From NCBI GenBank assembly GCA_964567265.1, contig CAZMLK010000003.1, forward strand, positions 7,800 to 71,799: a DNA stretch of 64,000 nt, in the 5' to 3' direction. This stretch comes from an uncultured Candidatus Saccharibacteria bacterium (GTDB taxonomy: Bacteria; Patescibacteriota; Minisyncoccia; Phycocordibacterales; UBA12088). The notes under the pieces are model-generated. The model was not told where the DNA came from. It saw only the letters and a program-made list of their open reading frames with translations, and did not search any database. Each line of letters opens with the position of its first letter. The first letter of the stretch is position 1. Below are positions 49,273-58,914 of this stretch, piece after piece. Both the position numbers and the translations under genes were made by a program.

Positions 49273-49405
49273 ACGTTGCTACAACTATACCGCACGCGCC
49301 CTGGTTTCGCGGCCAGACGCGCGAGCCCATGCGCCTTTTAGTCACAAGGGAATAGGCTTGTCTAGGTCGCCCCCTGAAGCCTCCCCGTGCTATAGTTTCG
49401 CCCAT

Positions 49406-51598
49406 ATGGACACCGCAAAATTCCTGCGCTACGGCATCCTAGCGCTTCTTTTTTCGATACCCTTTATTCCGCTCATCATCGCGAACGGGATGTTCTTCCC
49501 GTTCATCGTCGGTAAGAATTTCACGTTCCGCATCATTGTAGAGCTCATGGCCGGCGGCTGGGTCGCGCTCATGCTCCTCGACCGCACGTACCGTCCGCGC
49601 TACGGCGCGCTCCTCGGCGCGTTCGCAGCATTCGTGTTCGCGATCGGCCTTGCCGACCTCCTCGGCGAGAATCCGTGGAAGAGCTTCTGGAGCAACTTCG
49701 AGCGCATGGAAGGATTCGTCACGCTCCTCCATCTCTTCGCGTACTTCATCGTCATGGCATCCGTCCTCAATACGGAGAAGCTCTGGCGCTCGTTCTGGAA
49801 TACGTCGGTCGGCGTCTCGGTGCTCCTCGGCCTCTACGGACTCCTCCAGCTCGGCGGCGTGATCGTCATCAACCAGGGCGGCGTGCGTCTCGATGCCACG
49901 TTCGGCAATGCGACCTATCTCGCCATCTACATGCTGTTCCACATCTTCATCACGGCATGGCTTGCGCTCTCGCATAGGGGCGCAGCATTCGTGAAATATG
50001 TCTACTGGGCAATCATCCTCCTCCAGGCCTTCATTCTCTACTTCACGGCGACCCGCGGCGCTATCCTCGGCTTCCTCGGCGGCGCGCTCCTTGCCGGTCT
50101 CCTCCTCGCGCTCACCATGAAAGGTGAAGCGAAGGTCCGGAAGTTCGCGTTCGGCCTCGTCGCCGCAGTCGTGCTCATCATCGGCGGCTTCTTCCTCATC
50201 CGGAACACCGCGTTCGTCCATAACAACCCGGTCCTGAGCCGCATGGCGACGATCTCGGTCGAAGGCGGCAGTGCGCGCTTCATGGTCTGGGGCATTGCGC
50301 TCCAGGGCATCAAGGAGCGTCCGATCCTCGGCTGGGGCCAGGAGAACTTCATCTATGTCTTCACCAAGTACTATGATCCCGAGATGTACGCGCAGGAGCC
50401 GTGGTTCGACCGCGTGCACGATGTCTTCCTCGACTGGCTGATCGCCGGCGGCATCATCGGACTCGCGGCGTACCTCTCGATTTTCGGCGCGGCGCTCTGG
50501 GGCATCTGGTTCTCGCGGAGAGGGAAGGATGCATTCACGCCGCTCGAGCGGAGCATGCTCACGGGCATCTTCGCCGGCTACTTCTTCCACAATCTCTTCG
50601 TCTTCGACAATATCGTCTCCTACATCCTCTTCGCGACCATCCTCGCGTTCATCCATCATCGTCTCACGACCGTCGCGTCGAAGGACAAGGACCTCAAGAA
50701 CACGCACGCGAAGGCAAGCGGCATGCCGGTCCCGATCGTGGTTCCTGTTGCGATCGTCTGTACCCTCGCGCTCGTCTATCTCGTGAACTACAAGGGTATC
50801 GCGACCAACTACGCGCTTCTCGCGGCGATCTCGCCATCGAATGCGGGTGCAGAAGCAAACCTCGTGCTCTTCAAAAAAGCGCTCGCGTACAATGGGCTCG
50901 GCGGACAGGAAGTGAACGAGCAGCTCCTCCAGGCAGCGAGCTCGGTCGCGCGCGGCAACAATGTCGACCCGGTCGTGAAGGCGGATTTCATCAAGACCGC
51001 GAAGGACGCGATGAATGCTGAACTCGCGTGGAATGCGTCTGATGCTCGGCTCCAGGTGTTCATGGGTTCATTCCTCAATGCCTCCGGCCTTCCGGGCGAG
51101 GCGAAGCCGTACCTCGAGAAAGCGTACGAGCTCTCGCCGAAGAAGCAGGCGGTCCTCTTCGAACTCGGCAATAACGCGCTCGCGACCCAGGATTTCCCGG
51201 GCGCATTCGAATGGTTCAAGAAGGCGTATGAGCTCGCGCCTGAGTACCAGGACGCGCGCTTCTACTACGCGGCATCAGCCGTCTACGTGAACCGCTTCGA
51301 TGTCGTCGACCAGCTCCTCACCGCGAAATACGGCACGATCGCTGTCGACAATGACCAGCTCCTCAACGCCTACTACCAGGCGAAGCGTTTCGACCTCGTG
51401 GTGAAGATTTGGGAAGGTCGCGTCGCCAAGGATCCGTCGAACCTCCAGTTCCACGTGTCGCTCGCCGCTTCGTACCTCGCATCCGGACAGCGCCAGGAAG
51501 CGATCGCCGAACTCCAGAAGGCGATTGATCTTAATGCCTCGTTCAAGGAGCAGGGAGAATTCTTCATCAAGGAAATCCAAGCTGGTCGGAATCCGTAA
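49406..51598 (+). CDS. O-antigen ligase/polymerase-family membrane protein (Wzy/WaaL-like) with C-terminal TPR repeats
   Basis: Multi-TM N-terminal half with Wzy_C-like loop; C-terminal TPR-like repeats (AYELSPKKQAVLFELGNNALATQDFPGAFEWFKKAYELAPEY…). The track start 49229 is upstream of the TGcTATAGT box; ATG 49406 lies ~10 nt after TATAGT (possibly leaderless). Confidence 0.75.
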   Translation: MDTAKFLRYGILALLFSIPFIPLIIANGMFFPFIVGKNFTFRIIVELMAGGWVALMLLDRTYRPRYGALLGAFAAFVFAIGLADLLGENPWKSFWSNFERMEGFVTLLHLFAYFIVMASVLNTEKLWRSFWNTSVGVSVLLGLYGLLQLGGVIVINQGGVRLDATFGNATYLAIYMLFHIFITAWLALSHRGAAFVKYVYWAIILLQAFILYFTATRGAILGFLGGALLAGLLLALTMKGEAKVRKFAFGLVAAVVLIIGGFFLIRNTAFVHNNPVLSRMATISVEGGSARFMVWGIALQGIKERPILGWGQENFIYVFTKYYDPEMYAQEPWFDRVHDVFLDWLIAGGIIGLAAYLSIFGAALWGIWFSRRGKDAFTPLERSMLTGIFAGYFFHNLFVFDNIVSYILFATILAFIHHRLTTVASKDKDLKNTHAKASGMPVPIVVPVAIVCTLALVYLVNYKGIATNYALLAAISPSNAGAEANLVLFKKALAYNGLGGQEVNEQLLQAASSVARGNNVDPVVKADFIKTAKDAMNAELAWNASDARLQVFMGSFLNASGLPGEAKPYLEKAYELSPKKQAVLFELGNNALATQDFPGAFEWFKKAYELAPEYQDARFYYAASAVYVNRFDVVDQLLTAKYGTIAVDNDQLLNAYYQAKRFDLVVKIWEGRVAKDPSNLQFHVSLAASYLASGQRQEAIAELQKAIDLNASFKEQGEFFIKEIQAGRNP

Positions 51599-51615
51599 CA
51601 AGCGACGGCGGAGGA

Positions 51616-51664
51616 GACAACAAAGAAACGCGCGAGCCCTAGGCCCGCGCGTTTCTTTGTTGTC
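51616..51664 (+). terminator. Long perfect hairpin (19-bp stem) after the ligase gene
   Basis: GACAACAAAGAAACGCGCG-agccctaggcc-CGCGCGTTTCTTTGTTGTC. Confidence 0.55.
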
Positions 51665-51717
51665 ACTGAGAATTTCTGTAGTATAAGTGCACTTCTCTTG
51701 TCATTCACCTTCACATA

Positions 51718-52737
51718 ATGGAAATCAAGGAATCAGTCCCGCTTGCACCACTCACCACCTTCCGCGTCGGCGGACCGGCAGATTTTTTCATAACCGTTCG
51801 TACTATTGATGAACTCCGCGAAGCGTCCCGCTTCGCCCGCGAGGGCAAGCTTCCGTTCGCCATCCTCGGCGGCGGCTCGAATGTGCTCGTGCCCGACGAT
51901 GGCTTTCGCGGTGTCATCGTGAAGAATGAGATCACGGGTACCGAGTATGAGGATGCAGAAGAGGATGTACTCGTGACGGCCGGATCGGGCGAAGATTGGG
52001 ATACATTCGTCAAAGATACCGTGGACCGCGGTCTCATCGGCCTCGAAAATCTCTCGGGTATTCCAGGTACCGTCGGCGCGACACCGGTCCAGAATGTGGG
52101 CGCGTACGGCGCCGAAGTAGAGGGTTTGATCGAATGGGTGGAAGTGTTCGACCGTACCACCGACCCGGTCCGCACGCTCACGCGTGCGGAATGCGCCTTC
52201 GGCTACCGTGACAGTATCTTCAAGCGTCCGGAAGGGAAGTCGCTCCTCATTACGCGCGTCTGCTACCGTCTCCATAAGCATGCGCCTTTCATCACGACCT
52301 ACAAGGATGTCGCGCTTCTACTTACCGAGCGGGGGATTATCCAGCCGACGCTTGAGGATATGCGCGCGCTCGTGCTTGAAATCCGAATGAGCAAGTCGCC
52401 GAATCTGTCAGAACTCGGTTCCGCCGGCTCATTCTTCAAGAATCCGGTCATCACGAAGGAAGCCTATGCTGAGGTGCTGAAGACATTTCCGGAGCTTCCG
52501 AAGTATCCGGTCGATGATGCGCATGTAAAGATCCCGATCGCGCACATCATCGAGAAATTGGGACTCAGGGGCAAGCGCGTCGGCAATGTGGGCTTCTATG
52601 CGAAGTCCGCGCTCAAGCTTGTGAACTACGGCGGCGGCACTGCTGCTGAGATTTCTGCGTTCGCTGATTCAGTGCAAGATGCAGTGCGTGAAAAAACAGG
52701 AATCGAGATCGAGCGCGAGGTGCAGTTGCTCTCATGA
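51718..52737 (+). CDS. murB: UDP-N-acetylenolpyruvoylglucosamine reductase
   Basis: LTTFRVGGPADFF, ILGGGSNVL, GIPGTVGATPVQNVGAYG motifs. 339 aa. Confidence 0.9.
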   Translation: MEIKESVPLAPLTTFRVGGPADFFITVRTIDELREASRFAREGKLPFAILGGGSNVLVPDDGFRGVIVKNEITGTEYEDAEEDVLVTAGSGEDWDTFVKDTVDRGLIGLENLSGIPGTVGATPVQNVGAYGAEVEGLIEWVEVFDRTTDPVRTLTRAECAFGYRDSIFKRPEGKSLLITRVCYRLHKHAPFITTYKDVALLLTERGIIQPTLEDMRALVLEIRMSKSPNLSELGSAGSFFKNPVITKEAYAEVLKTFPELPKYPVDDAHVKIPIAHIIEKLGLRGKRVGNVGFYAKSALKLVNYGGGTAAEISAFADSVQDAVREKTGIEIEREVQLLS

Positions 52738-52956
52738 AATATTTTTTGCACGACGCATTTTTTTTACAAAAAACTTTTTTGCAAAAAGTTTTTTAGTTAT
52801 CCACACATGCGTGCAAAAAATTCTTGTGCGCGTTTCATTCGTCACTGATAATAGTGATACACGGCGCACATACTCTTAGCAAAACATTGAGCAAGAATGT
52901 TTGGTCGGAAGAGAATGCAAAGCGCAGTATCGCTAGAAAAAAAATAAGAAACTAGT

Positions 52957-53076
52957 ATGGCAGCAAAAAAGAAAGCAGTTAAGAAGACCACCAAGAAGAA
53001 GACAGTGAAGAAGGCGGTCAAGAAGACTGTGAAGAAGCCAGCAGCAAAGAAGAAGGCGACCCGCCGCAAGCGATAA
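52957..53076 (+). CDS. Unannotated 39-aa lysine-rich histone H1/Hc1-like small basic protein (MAAKKKAVKKTTKKKTVKKAVKKTVKKPAAKKKATRRKR)
   Basis: Below the ORF-track size cut-off. ATG at 52957 and TAA at 53074-53076. Preceded by a ~220-bp AT-rich, T/A-tract-rich region and followed by an intrinsic terminator. Confidence 0.5.
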   Translation: MAAKKKAVKKTTKKKTVKKAVKKTVKKPAAKKKATRRKR

Positions 53077-53102
53077 TCTCTCTATCGCACTCCCACCACT
53101 GC

Positions 53103-53133
53103 AAAAGTCCCCGAAAGGGGCTTTTGTTTTTTT
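53103..53133 (+). terminator. Intrinsic terminator
   Basis: AAAAGTCCCC-gaaa-GGGGCTTTT followed by GTTTTTTT. Confidence 0.7.
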
Positions 53134-53226
53134 AAATCCACGCCGACGACTGTTTTGCACGTATCAAAAATGGGGCGGTCAAGGCCGGTCTGGACCGCAC
53201 AGGGAGAGGTCGAGGAGGGCTTCAAA

Positions 53227-55794
53227 ATGTGGTATGCTGATTTTTCAATGAAGCTGTTTACGAAGATTTTCGGCGATGAGACCACAAAGGCCCTGAAAGC
53301 GATGGGTCCGGTGGTTATTGCTATCAACGGAAAAGAGGAGGAAATCAAGAAGCTCTCAGACGAAGGGCTCCGTGAGAAAACGACTGAATTCAAGGCTCGT
53401 TTGGCGAAGGGCGAGACCCTCGACAGCCTCATTCCTGAAGCCTTCGCGGTGGTCCGCGAGGCGTCCCGCCGGCTCCTCGGTCAGCGGCACTATGATGTCC
53501 AGCTCCAGGGCGGCCTCGCGCTCCATCAGGGGAATATTTCCGAGATGCGCACTGGCGAAGGAAAGACACTTGTCGCGACGCTTCCTGCATACCTGAATGC
53601 GCTCGAAGGGAAGGGCGTTCACGTCGTCACGGTCAATGACTATCTCTCCCGCCGCGACTCGGTGTGGATGGGACAGATTTATACATTTCTCGGTCTTTCG
53701 GTCGGTGTCATCACTAGCGACGCGTCGTATCTGTACGACTCGGGACACAAGGAAGATGCGCCGGAGGGTGAGGCGCTCGAAGATAAGCGCGACGAGCTCG
53801 GCGCCTTCCGCGTGTTCTATGAATTCCTCCGTCCCTCGACCCGCCAGGAATCCTACGCCGCCGACATCACGTACGGCACCTCGAATGAATTCGGATTCGA
53901 CTATCTGCGCGACAACATCGCATACGAGAAGAAGGATCTCCGTCAGCGTGGCTTCCACTACGCGATCGTGGACGAAGTCGACTCCATCCTCATCGATGAA
54001 GCGCGAACGCCTCTGATCATCTCCGCGCCTGCGCAGCAGTCGGAGAGCCTGTACGCGCGCTTCGCGGAGATCGCCCGCAGCCTCACGAAGGATGAGGACT
54101 ACGAAGTCGAGGAGAAGCACCGCTCAGTGCTCATGCGTGAGCCAGGCATCGAGAAAGCGGAGAAGGCGCTCGGCATGGAGAACATCTATACCGACGGCGG
54201 CATCAAGTACGTGCATCACCTCGAGACGGCAGTCCGCGCAAAGGCGCTCTTCACACGCGACAAGGAATACGTCGTCCGCGACGGCCAGATCGTCATCGTT
54301 GATGAGTTCACCGGCCGCTTGCAGCCGGGACGCCGCTGGTCCGAAGGACTCCATCAGGCTGTCGAAGCGAAAGAAGGCCTCGCCGTCCAGAATGAAACGC
54401 GCACCTTCGCCTCGGTGACCTTTCAGAACTTCTTCCGCATGTACGCGAAGCTCTCGGGCATGACCGGTACCGCTGCGACCTCTTCCGAGGAATTCCAGAC
54501 CGTCTACAACCTCGATACCATCGTCATCCCGACGCACCGCTCGATCTCGCGCATCGACGCCGACGATCTCATCTTCCGTACCGAGCAGGGCAAGTTCAAG
54601 GCGATCGCGACCAAGGTGAAGGAGCTCCACGCGAAGGGGATGCCGATCCTGATCGGCACCGTGTCGATCGAGAAGAACGAACTCCTCGGCAGCTACCTCG
54701 CGAAGGCAGGCATTCCGCACGAGATCCTGAACGCGAAGAATCACGAGCGCGAAGGCGAGATCATCGCGCAGGCAGGCCAGCCGGGCAAGGTCACGATTGC
54801 GACCAACATGGCGGGCCGCGGCGTCGACATCAAGCTCGGCGGCAACCCGGCTCCTGCTTCGGCATATGACGCCGTCAAAGAGAAGGGCGGCCTCTTCGTG
54901 CTCGGCACCGAGCGCCATGAGGCGCGCCGCATCGACAACCAGCTCCGCGGACGCGCAGGCCGCCAGGGCGATCCCGGCGAGACGCAGTTCTTCGTCTCGC
55001 TCGAAGACTCGCTCATGCGCGTGTTTGCATCCGATACCGTGAAGAGCATGATGGAGCGCCTCAATATCCCTGAGGACGAGCCGATCCAGAACAAGCTCAT
55101 TTCGCGCTCACTCGAAGCCGCCCAGACCAAGATCGAGGGCTTCCACTTCGATTCGCGCAAGCAGATCCTCGCCTACGACAACGTCCTCAACCACCAGCGC
55201 CACTCTATATATGAGATGCGCTCCCGCATCCTCCTCGGCGAGCTCGAGGACGTGGAAGTCTTCCTCGAAGAGAATGTCGCCGGCGACCCGGATGCGCTGA
55301 AGCTCATCGAAGAGAAGCGTAATGAGCTCGGCAGGGAAGAGTTCATCGCGAGCTTCCGCCGCCTGGCGCTCCAGACCATCGATATGTTCTGGATGGATCA
55401 TCTCGAAATGATGGACGCACTCCGCTCGAGCGTGAACCTCCGCGCCTACGGCCAGCGCGATCCCCTCGTCGAATACCGCAAGGAAGGCTTGTTCCTCTTC
55501 AAGCAGCTCGAGGAATCGATCGGCGTCCACCTGATCCGCATGCTCCCGTCTATCGGCGGCCAGGCGATCGTCGCGGAAGAGAAGAAGATGCTGAAGCTCG
55601 AATCGCAGGCGAAGCTGATCGGCGGCAGCCAGAACGCGAGCGACGTCGCCGTCGGCGGCGCGCATGCGAAGAAGATGGACAAGATCGGCCGCAACGACCT
55701 CGTCACCATTACGGACGGAGAGAAGACCGAAACCATGAAATTCAAAAAAGCTGAACCGCTCATTGAGAGCGGCGTCTGGAGGTTAATGGCCTAA
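53227..55794 (+). CDS. secA: Preprotein translocase subunit SecA
   Basis: KIFGDETTKALK; the DEAD-like motor motifs (GEGKTLVATLPAYLNALEG, IVDEVDSILIDEARTPLIIS, TGTAATSSEEF, GRAGRQGDPG). ATG 53227 has an AGGAGG SD 8 nt upstream; alternatives are 53155 and 53248. Confidence 0.9.
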   Translation: MWYADFSMKLFTKIFGDETTKALKAMGPVVIAINGKEEEIKKLSDEGLREKTTEFKARLAKGETLDSLIPEAFAVVREASRRLLGQRHYDVQLQGGLALHQGNISEMRTGEGKTLVATLPAYLNALEGKGVHVVTVNDYLSRRDSVWMGQIYTFLGLSVGVITSDASYLYDSGHKEDAPEGEALEDKRDELGAFRVFYEFLRPSTRQESYAADITYGTSNEFGFDYLRDNIAYEKKDLRQRGFHYAIVDEVDSILIDEARTPLIISAPAQQSESLYARFAEIARSLTKDEDYEVEEKHRSVLMREPGIEKAEKALGMENIYTDGGIKYVHHLETAVRAKALFTRDKEYVVRDGQIVIVDEFTGRLQPGRRWSEGLHQAVEAKEGLAVQNETRTFASVTFQNFFRMYAKLSGMTGTAATSSEEFQTVYNLDTIVIPTHRSISRIDADDLIFRTEQGKFKAIATKVKELHAKGMPILIGTVSIEKNELLGSYLAKAGIPHEILNAKNHEREGEIIAQAGQPGKVTIATNMAGRGVDIKLGGNPAPASAYDAVKEKGGLFVLGTERHEARRIDNQLRGRAGRQGDPGETQFFVSLEDSLMRVFASDTVKSMMERLNIPEDEPIQNKLISRSLEAAQTKIEGFHFDSRKQILAYDNVLNHQRHSIYEMRSRILLGELEDVEVFLEENVAGDPDALKLIEEKRNELGREEFIASFRRLALQTIDMFWMDHLEMMDALRSSVNLRAYGQRDPLVEYRKEGLFLFKQLEESIGVHLIRMLPSIGGQAIVAEEKKMLKLESQAKLIGGSQNASDVAVGGAHAKKMDKIGRNDLVTITDGEKTETMKFKKAEPLIESGVWRLMA

Positions 55795-55796
55795 CG

Positions 55797-56291
55797 ATGA
55801 CAATTCTGTCAAAAAAGAAAATTAAAGTTTCAATAATCATTGCTCTAGTTGTTATTTTCATATGGGGCGCTTCTGGCCGTTTACCAAGTGAATTCGCCAT
55901 CGGCCCTTTCAAATATCCTCTTTCAGATGAAGCTAAAAGGTCAGAAAAACAGTTAGATGTAAAAGATTCACCTTGCTCAGTCAATACTATTAATCAGAGT
56001 GGAGGAAGTAACGCTGTTGATTGCGGCCCGAAAATGATGATTCTGGATCATCACCAGCAAGAAGAAAACGGCACCACTATTCTGTATGTCACGTTTGGGA
56101 ATCCTCCAATGGAAGGTGCCCCGTATATTGCGCGCCCGACTAACCTAACGGAAATTGAACCTGCGGTCTTTCAGGGAGGGGGAACGCGTACATATGCAGG
56201 TAAGCCTGCTGTCCCGATTGCAACCTACCGATTTCACTATAGGGCTGTTCCTCCCACAGACGAGTCTAGTATCGAATTTGCATTCAAGTGA
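55797..56291 (+). CDS. Low-GC hypothetical exported protein (signal-anchor, 164 aa)
   Basis: ~42% GC against ~62% background. N-terminal KKIKVSIIIALVVIFIWGASG anchor. Starts 2 nt after the secA stop. Confidence 0.5.
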   Translation: MTILSKKKIKVSIIIALVVIFIWGASGRLPSEFAIGPFKYPLSDEAKRSEKQLDVKDSPCSVNTINQSGGSNAVDCGPKMMILDHHQQEENGTTILYVTFGNPPMEGAPYIARPTNLTEIEPAVFQGGGTRTYAGKPAVPIATYRFHYRAVPPTDESSIEFAFK

Positions 56292-56303
56292 TAATATAGA
56301 CAC

Positions 56304-56654
56304 ATGAAAATACTTGCACGCGTCCTGTTTTCGATCCTTGGAATTCTTCTCGCCGCCTACTTGGTGCCGGGGATCTATGTCGCAGGCGTCTATACGGCGC
56401 TCATCGTCGCGATCGTGCTCGGACTCCTCAATATGATTGTCCGACCGATTCTCTTTGTCCTCACGCTCCCGATCACGATTCTCACCTTCGGACTGTTCAC
56501 GTTCGTCCTCAATGGCCTCCTCCTCTGGTTCGTCGGGACCTTCATCGAAGGCTTCGAGGTCCGCGGCCTGCTGCCCGCAATCCTTGGCGCGCTCGTCATC
56601 TCTATTGTTTCGTGGATCGGCAACCACCTCCTCAAGGAGCCGAAGGCCGCCTAA
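56304..56654 (+). CDS. DUF360 / phage-holin-4-like small membrane protein (4 TMS)
   Basis: 116 aa, four hydrophobic helices; layout of the YvlD/Phage_holin_4_2 family. Confidence 0.65.
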   Translation: MKILARVLFSILGILLAAYLVPGIYVAGVYTALIVAIVLGLLNMIVRPILFVLTLPITILTFGLFTFVLNGLLLWFVGTFIEGFEVRGLLPAILGALVISIVSWIGNHLLKEPKAA

Positions 56655-56882
56655 ATGGAACAGATTCCTCTCGGCAGATATCGCCATTTCAAAGGGAAGG
56701 AATACCAAGTCCTTGGCATTGCGCATCATACCGAGGCAAATGAGCCGCTCGTGGTCTATAGGGCGCTCTACGATCATCCTGAATTCGACAAGAATGCCCT
56801 CTTCGTTCGGCCGCTCGCCATGTTTGTCGGCGAGGTCGAGATAGAGGGAAAGATGATTCCTCGGTTTGTGTATATTGGGTAA
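56655..56882 (+). CDS. DUF1653-domain protein
   Basis: YRHFKGKEYQVLGIAHHTEANEPLVVYRALY matches the DUF1653 signature. Start abuts the previous stop. Confidence 0.65.
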   Translation: MEQIPLGRYRHFKGKEYQVLGIAHHTEANEPLVVYRALYDHPEFDKNALFVRPLAMFVGEVEIEGKMIPRFVYIG

Positions 56883-56888
56883 AGGGGT

Positions 56889-56921
56889 GTGCCCGCCGCG
56901 GCCGAAGGCCGCGGCGGGCAC
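56889..56921 (+). terminator. Perfect 15-bp GC-rich hairpin (terminator or regulatory)
   Basis: GTGCCCGCCGCGGCC-gaa-GGCCGCGGCGGGCAC. Only a weak U-tract follows. Confidence 0.4.
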
Positions 56922-56952
56922 TGACGTTTCAAATAATGCTACACTCGCAGAC

Positions 56953-57840
56953 ATGGCAACACTCGTAACCCACAACGAAGGATTCCACAGCGACGACGTC
57001 TTCGCGGTCGCGGCGCTCAACCTCCTCCTCAAGGGCGACCTCACGGTCATCCGCACCCGCGACCCGATCCTCATCGAGCGCGCCGACTATGTCGTCGATG
57101 TCGGCATGACGCATGATGCGTCGAAGAACCGCTTCGACCATCACCAGAAGGGCGGCGCGGGCATGCGCGAGAACAATATTCCGTACGCAGCCTTCGGTCT
57201 CGTCTGGAAGCGATATGGCGCAGATATTGCTGGCTCGGACAGTATCGCGGCCTTGATCGATGCAAAACTCGTCCAGCCGATAGATGCGGGCGACAATGGC
57301 ATTGATATATTCTCGCCTCGGATTCCCGGAGTCTTCCCTTATGTCATCCGCGCGGTCATCGGCACCTATCTGCCTACTTGGAAGGAGGAAACCGATATCG
57401 ACAAAGCATTCACTGAAGCCGTCACGTTCGCAGAACGCGTCCTCGTGAGAGAAATCACCCGCGCACGCGACGATGAAGAAGCGCGCGAAGAAGTCGAGAA
57501 AGCTTATGAAGCCTCATCCGACAAGCGGCTTTTGATCCTCGACAAGCCGTATCCCTATGGCGAAGCGGTCGACAACTATCCCGAATGCCTGTACGTCATC
57601 TCGCCGCGCAATTCAGCGGAGGGTTGGAAGGTGACAGCGGTCAAAGTTAGTTCTCACAGCTTCGAGCGCAAACGACCGTTCCCCGAGTCCTGGGCAGGGA
57701 AGGAAGCAGTCGAGCTCCAAGAGGAGACGGGAGTCTCGGATGCGGTGTTCTGTCACCGTGACCGCTTCGTGGCATACGCGAAATCTCGTGACGGCGTGGT
57801 CCGTCTCGCCGAGCTCGCGCTCCGCGACCGTGGGGAATAG
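56953..57840 (+). CDS. MYG1/UPF0160-family metal-dependent hydrolase
   Basis: MATLVTHNEGFHSDDVFAVAAL matches the HNGxFHxDevfA signature. The track start 56866 spans the hairpin; ATG 56953 chosen. Confidence 0.7.
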   Translation: MATLVTHNEGFHSDDVFAVAALNLLLKGDLTVIRTRDPILIERADYVVDVGMTHDASKNRFDHHQKGGAGMRENNIPYAAFGLVWKRYGADIAGSDSIAALIDAKLVQPIDAGDNGIDIFSPRIPGVFPYVIRAVIGTYLPTWKEETDIDKAFTEAVTFAERVLVREITRARDDEEAREEVEKAYEASSDKRLLILDKPYPYGEAVDNYPECLYVISPRNSAEGWKVTAVKVSSHSFERKRPFPESWAGKEAVELQEETGVSDAVFCHRDRFVAYAKSRDGVVRLAELALRDRGE

Positions 57841-57920
57841 ACACGCGCTGAATATTCATAAAACGGCCCCAAACCTTGACTCCTTGCTGAAAGCGACGCC
57901 GTAGCGTAGGCTCTCTATAT

Positions 57921-58895
57921 ATGGCATTTGTTGATGAAATCAAGCTCCATGCGAAAGCGGGGAACGGAGGCGACGGCGTCGAACGCTGGCGCCACGAGAA
58001 GTTCCACGAGTTCGGCGGCCCATCCGGGGGAAATGGCGGAAACGGCGGCGATGTCTACATCGTCGGTGTTCGTGATCGGAGCGTGCTTTCGGAGTACCGC
58101 CACGACCCCGAATTCTTCGCCCCGCGCGGCGAGGATGGCGGCATCAAGAACATGCACGGCGCCAACGGCGCAGACATCACCATCAAGCTCCCGATCGGCT
58201 CCATCGTCACCAACGAGACGACGGGCAAGGTCTTCGAGCTCCTCACAGAAGGCGAGACCATCAAATTCCTCCAGGGTGGCCGCGGCGGACTCGGGAACCA
58301 CCACTTCAAGAGCTCCACCAACCGGAGCCCGATCGAGACAACTCCCGGAAAGCCGGGCGAAGAAGCCGTCTTCCACGTCGAGCTCCGCCTCATGGCTGAT
58401 GCCGGGTTCATCGGCCTCCCGAATGCGGGGAAGACCAGCCTCCTCAATGAGCTCACGCGCGCAGGCGCCAAGATCGGCAACTACGCCTTCACGACGCTCG
58501 AACCGAATCTCGGCGATCTCATGGGCCACATCCTCGCAGACATCCCGGGCCTCATCGAAGGCGCATCCGACGGCAAGGGCCTCGGCCACAAGTTCCTCCG
58601 CCACGTCGCGCGCACCCGCCTCCTCGTGCACTGCGTCTCACTTGAGAGCGAGCACCCGATGGAAGACTACGAGACGGTCCGTGCCGAACTCGGCGCTTTC
58701 GACCCGTCGCTTCTCGAGAAGCGCGAGATCATCGCCCTCACCAAGTCCGACATGGTCAGTCCTGATGTCGTGAAGAAAGTCACCAAACAATTCCAAGGCC
58801 TCGCCGAGACGATTACGCCGATCACCATCCTCGACGACAAAGTGATGAAAAGCTTCCGGGAACTGCTTCTTAAGTTCCTGGAACCTACTATTTAA
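57921..58895 (+). CDS. obg: GTPase Obg/CgtA
   Basis: FVDEIKLHAKAGNGGDG Obg fold; G1 GLPNAGKTSLL; G3 DIPGLIEGA. 324 aa. Confidence 0.9.
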   Translation: MAFVDEIKLHAKAGNGGDGVERWRHEKFHEFGGPSGGNGGNGGDVYIVGVRDRSVLSEYRHDPEFFAPRGEDGGIKNMHGANGADITIKLPIGSIVTNETTGKVFELLTEGETIKFLQGGRGGLGNHHFKSSTNRSPIETTPGKPGEEAVFHVELRLMADAGFIGLPNAGKTSLLNELTRAGAKIGNYAFTTLEPNLGDLMGHILADIPGLIEGASDGKGLGHKFLRHVARTRLLVHCVSLESEHPMEDYETVRAELGAFDPSLLEKREIIALTKSDMVSPDVVKKVTKQFQGLAETITPITILDDKVMKSFRELLLKFLEPTI

Positions 58896-58914
58896 ACCAC
58901 AACCCCCCTTATCT

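Noticed and set aside
49439-50707. 422-aa minus-strand ORF
   Set aside because: Antisense to the O-antigen ligase-like gene. It is an extreme Glu/Asp/Arg repeat composition with no domain; an artefact of GC-rich stop-poor frames.
57841-57920. Sigma70 promoter TTGACT upstream of obg
   Set aside because: -35-like TTGACT at 57876 has no -10 hexamer at 16-19 nt spacing. TATATA sits immediately before the ATG. Too uncertain to list as a feature.
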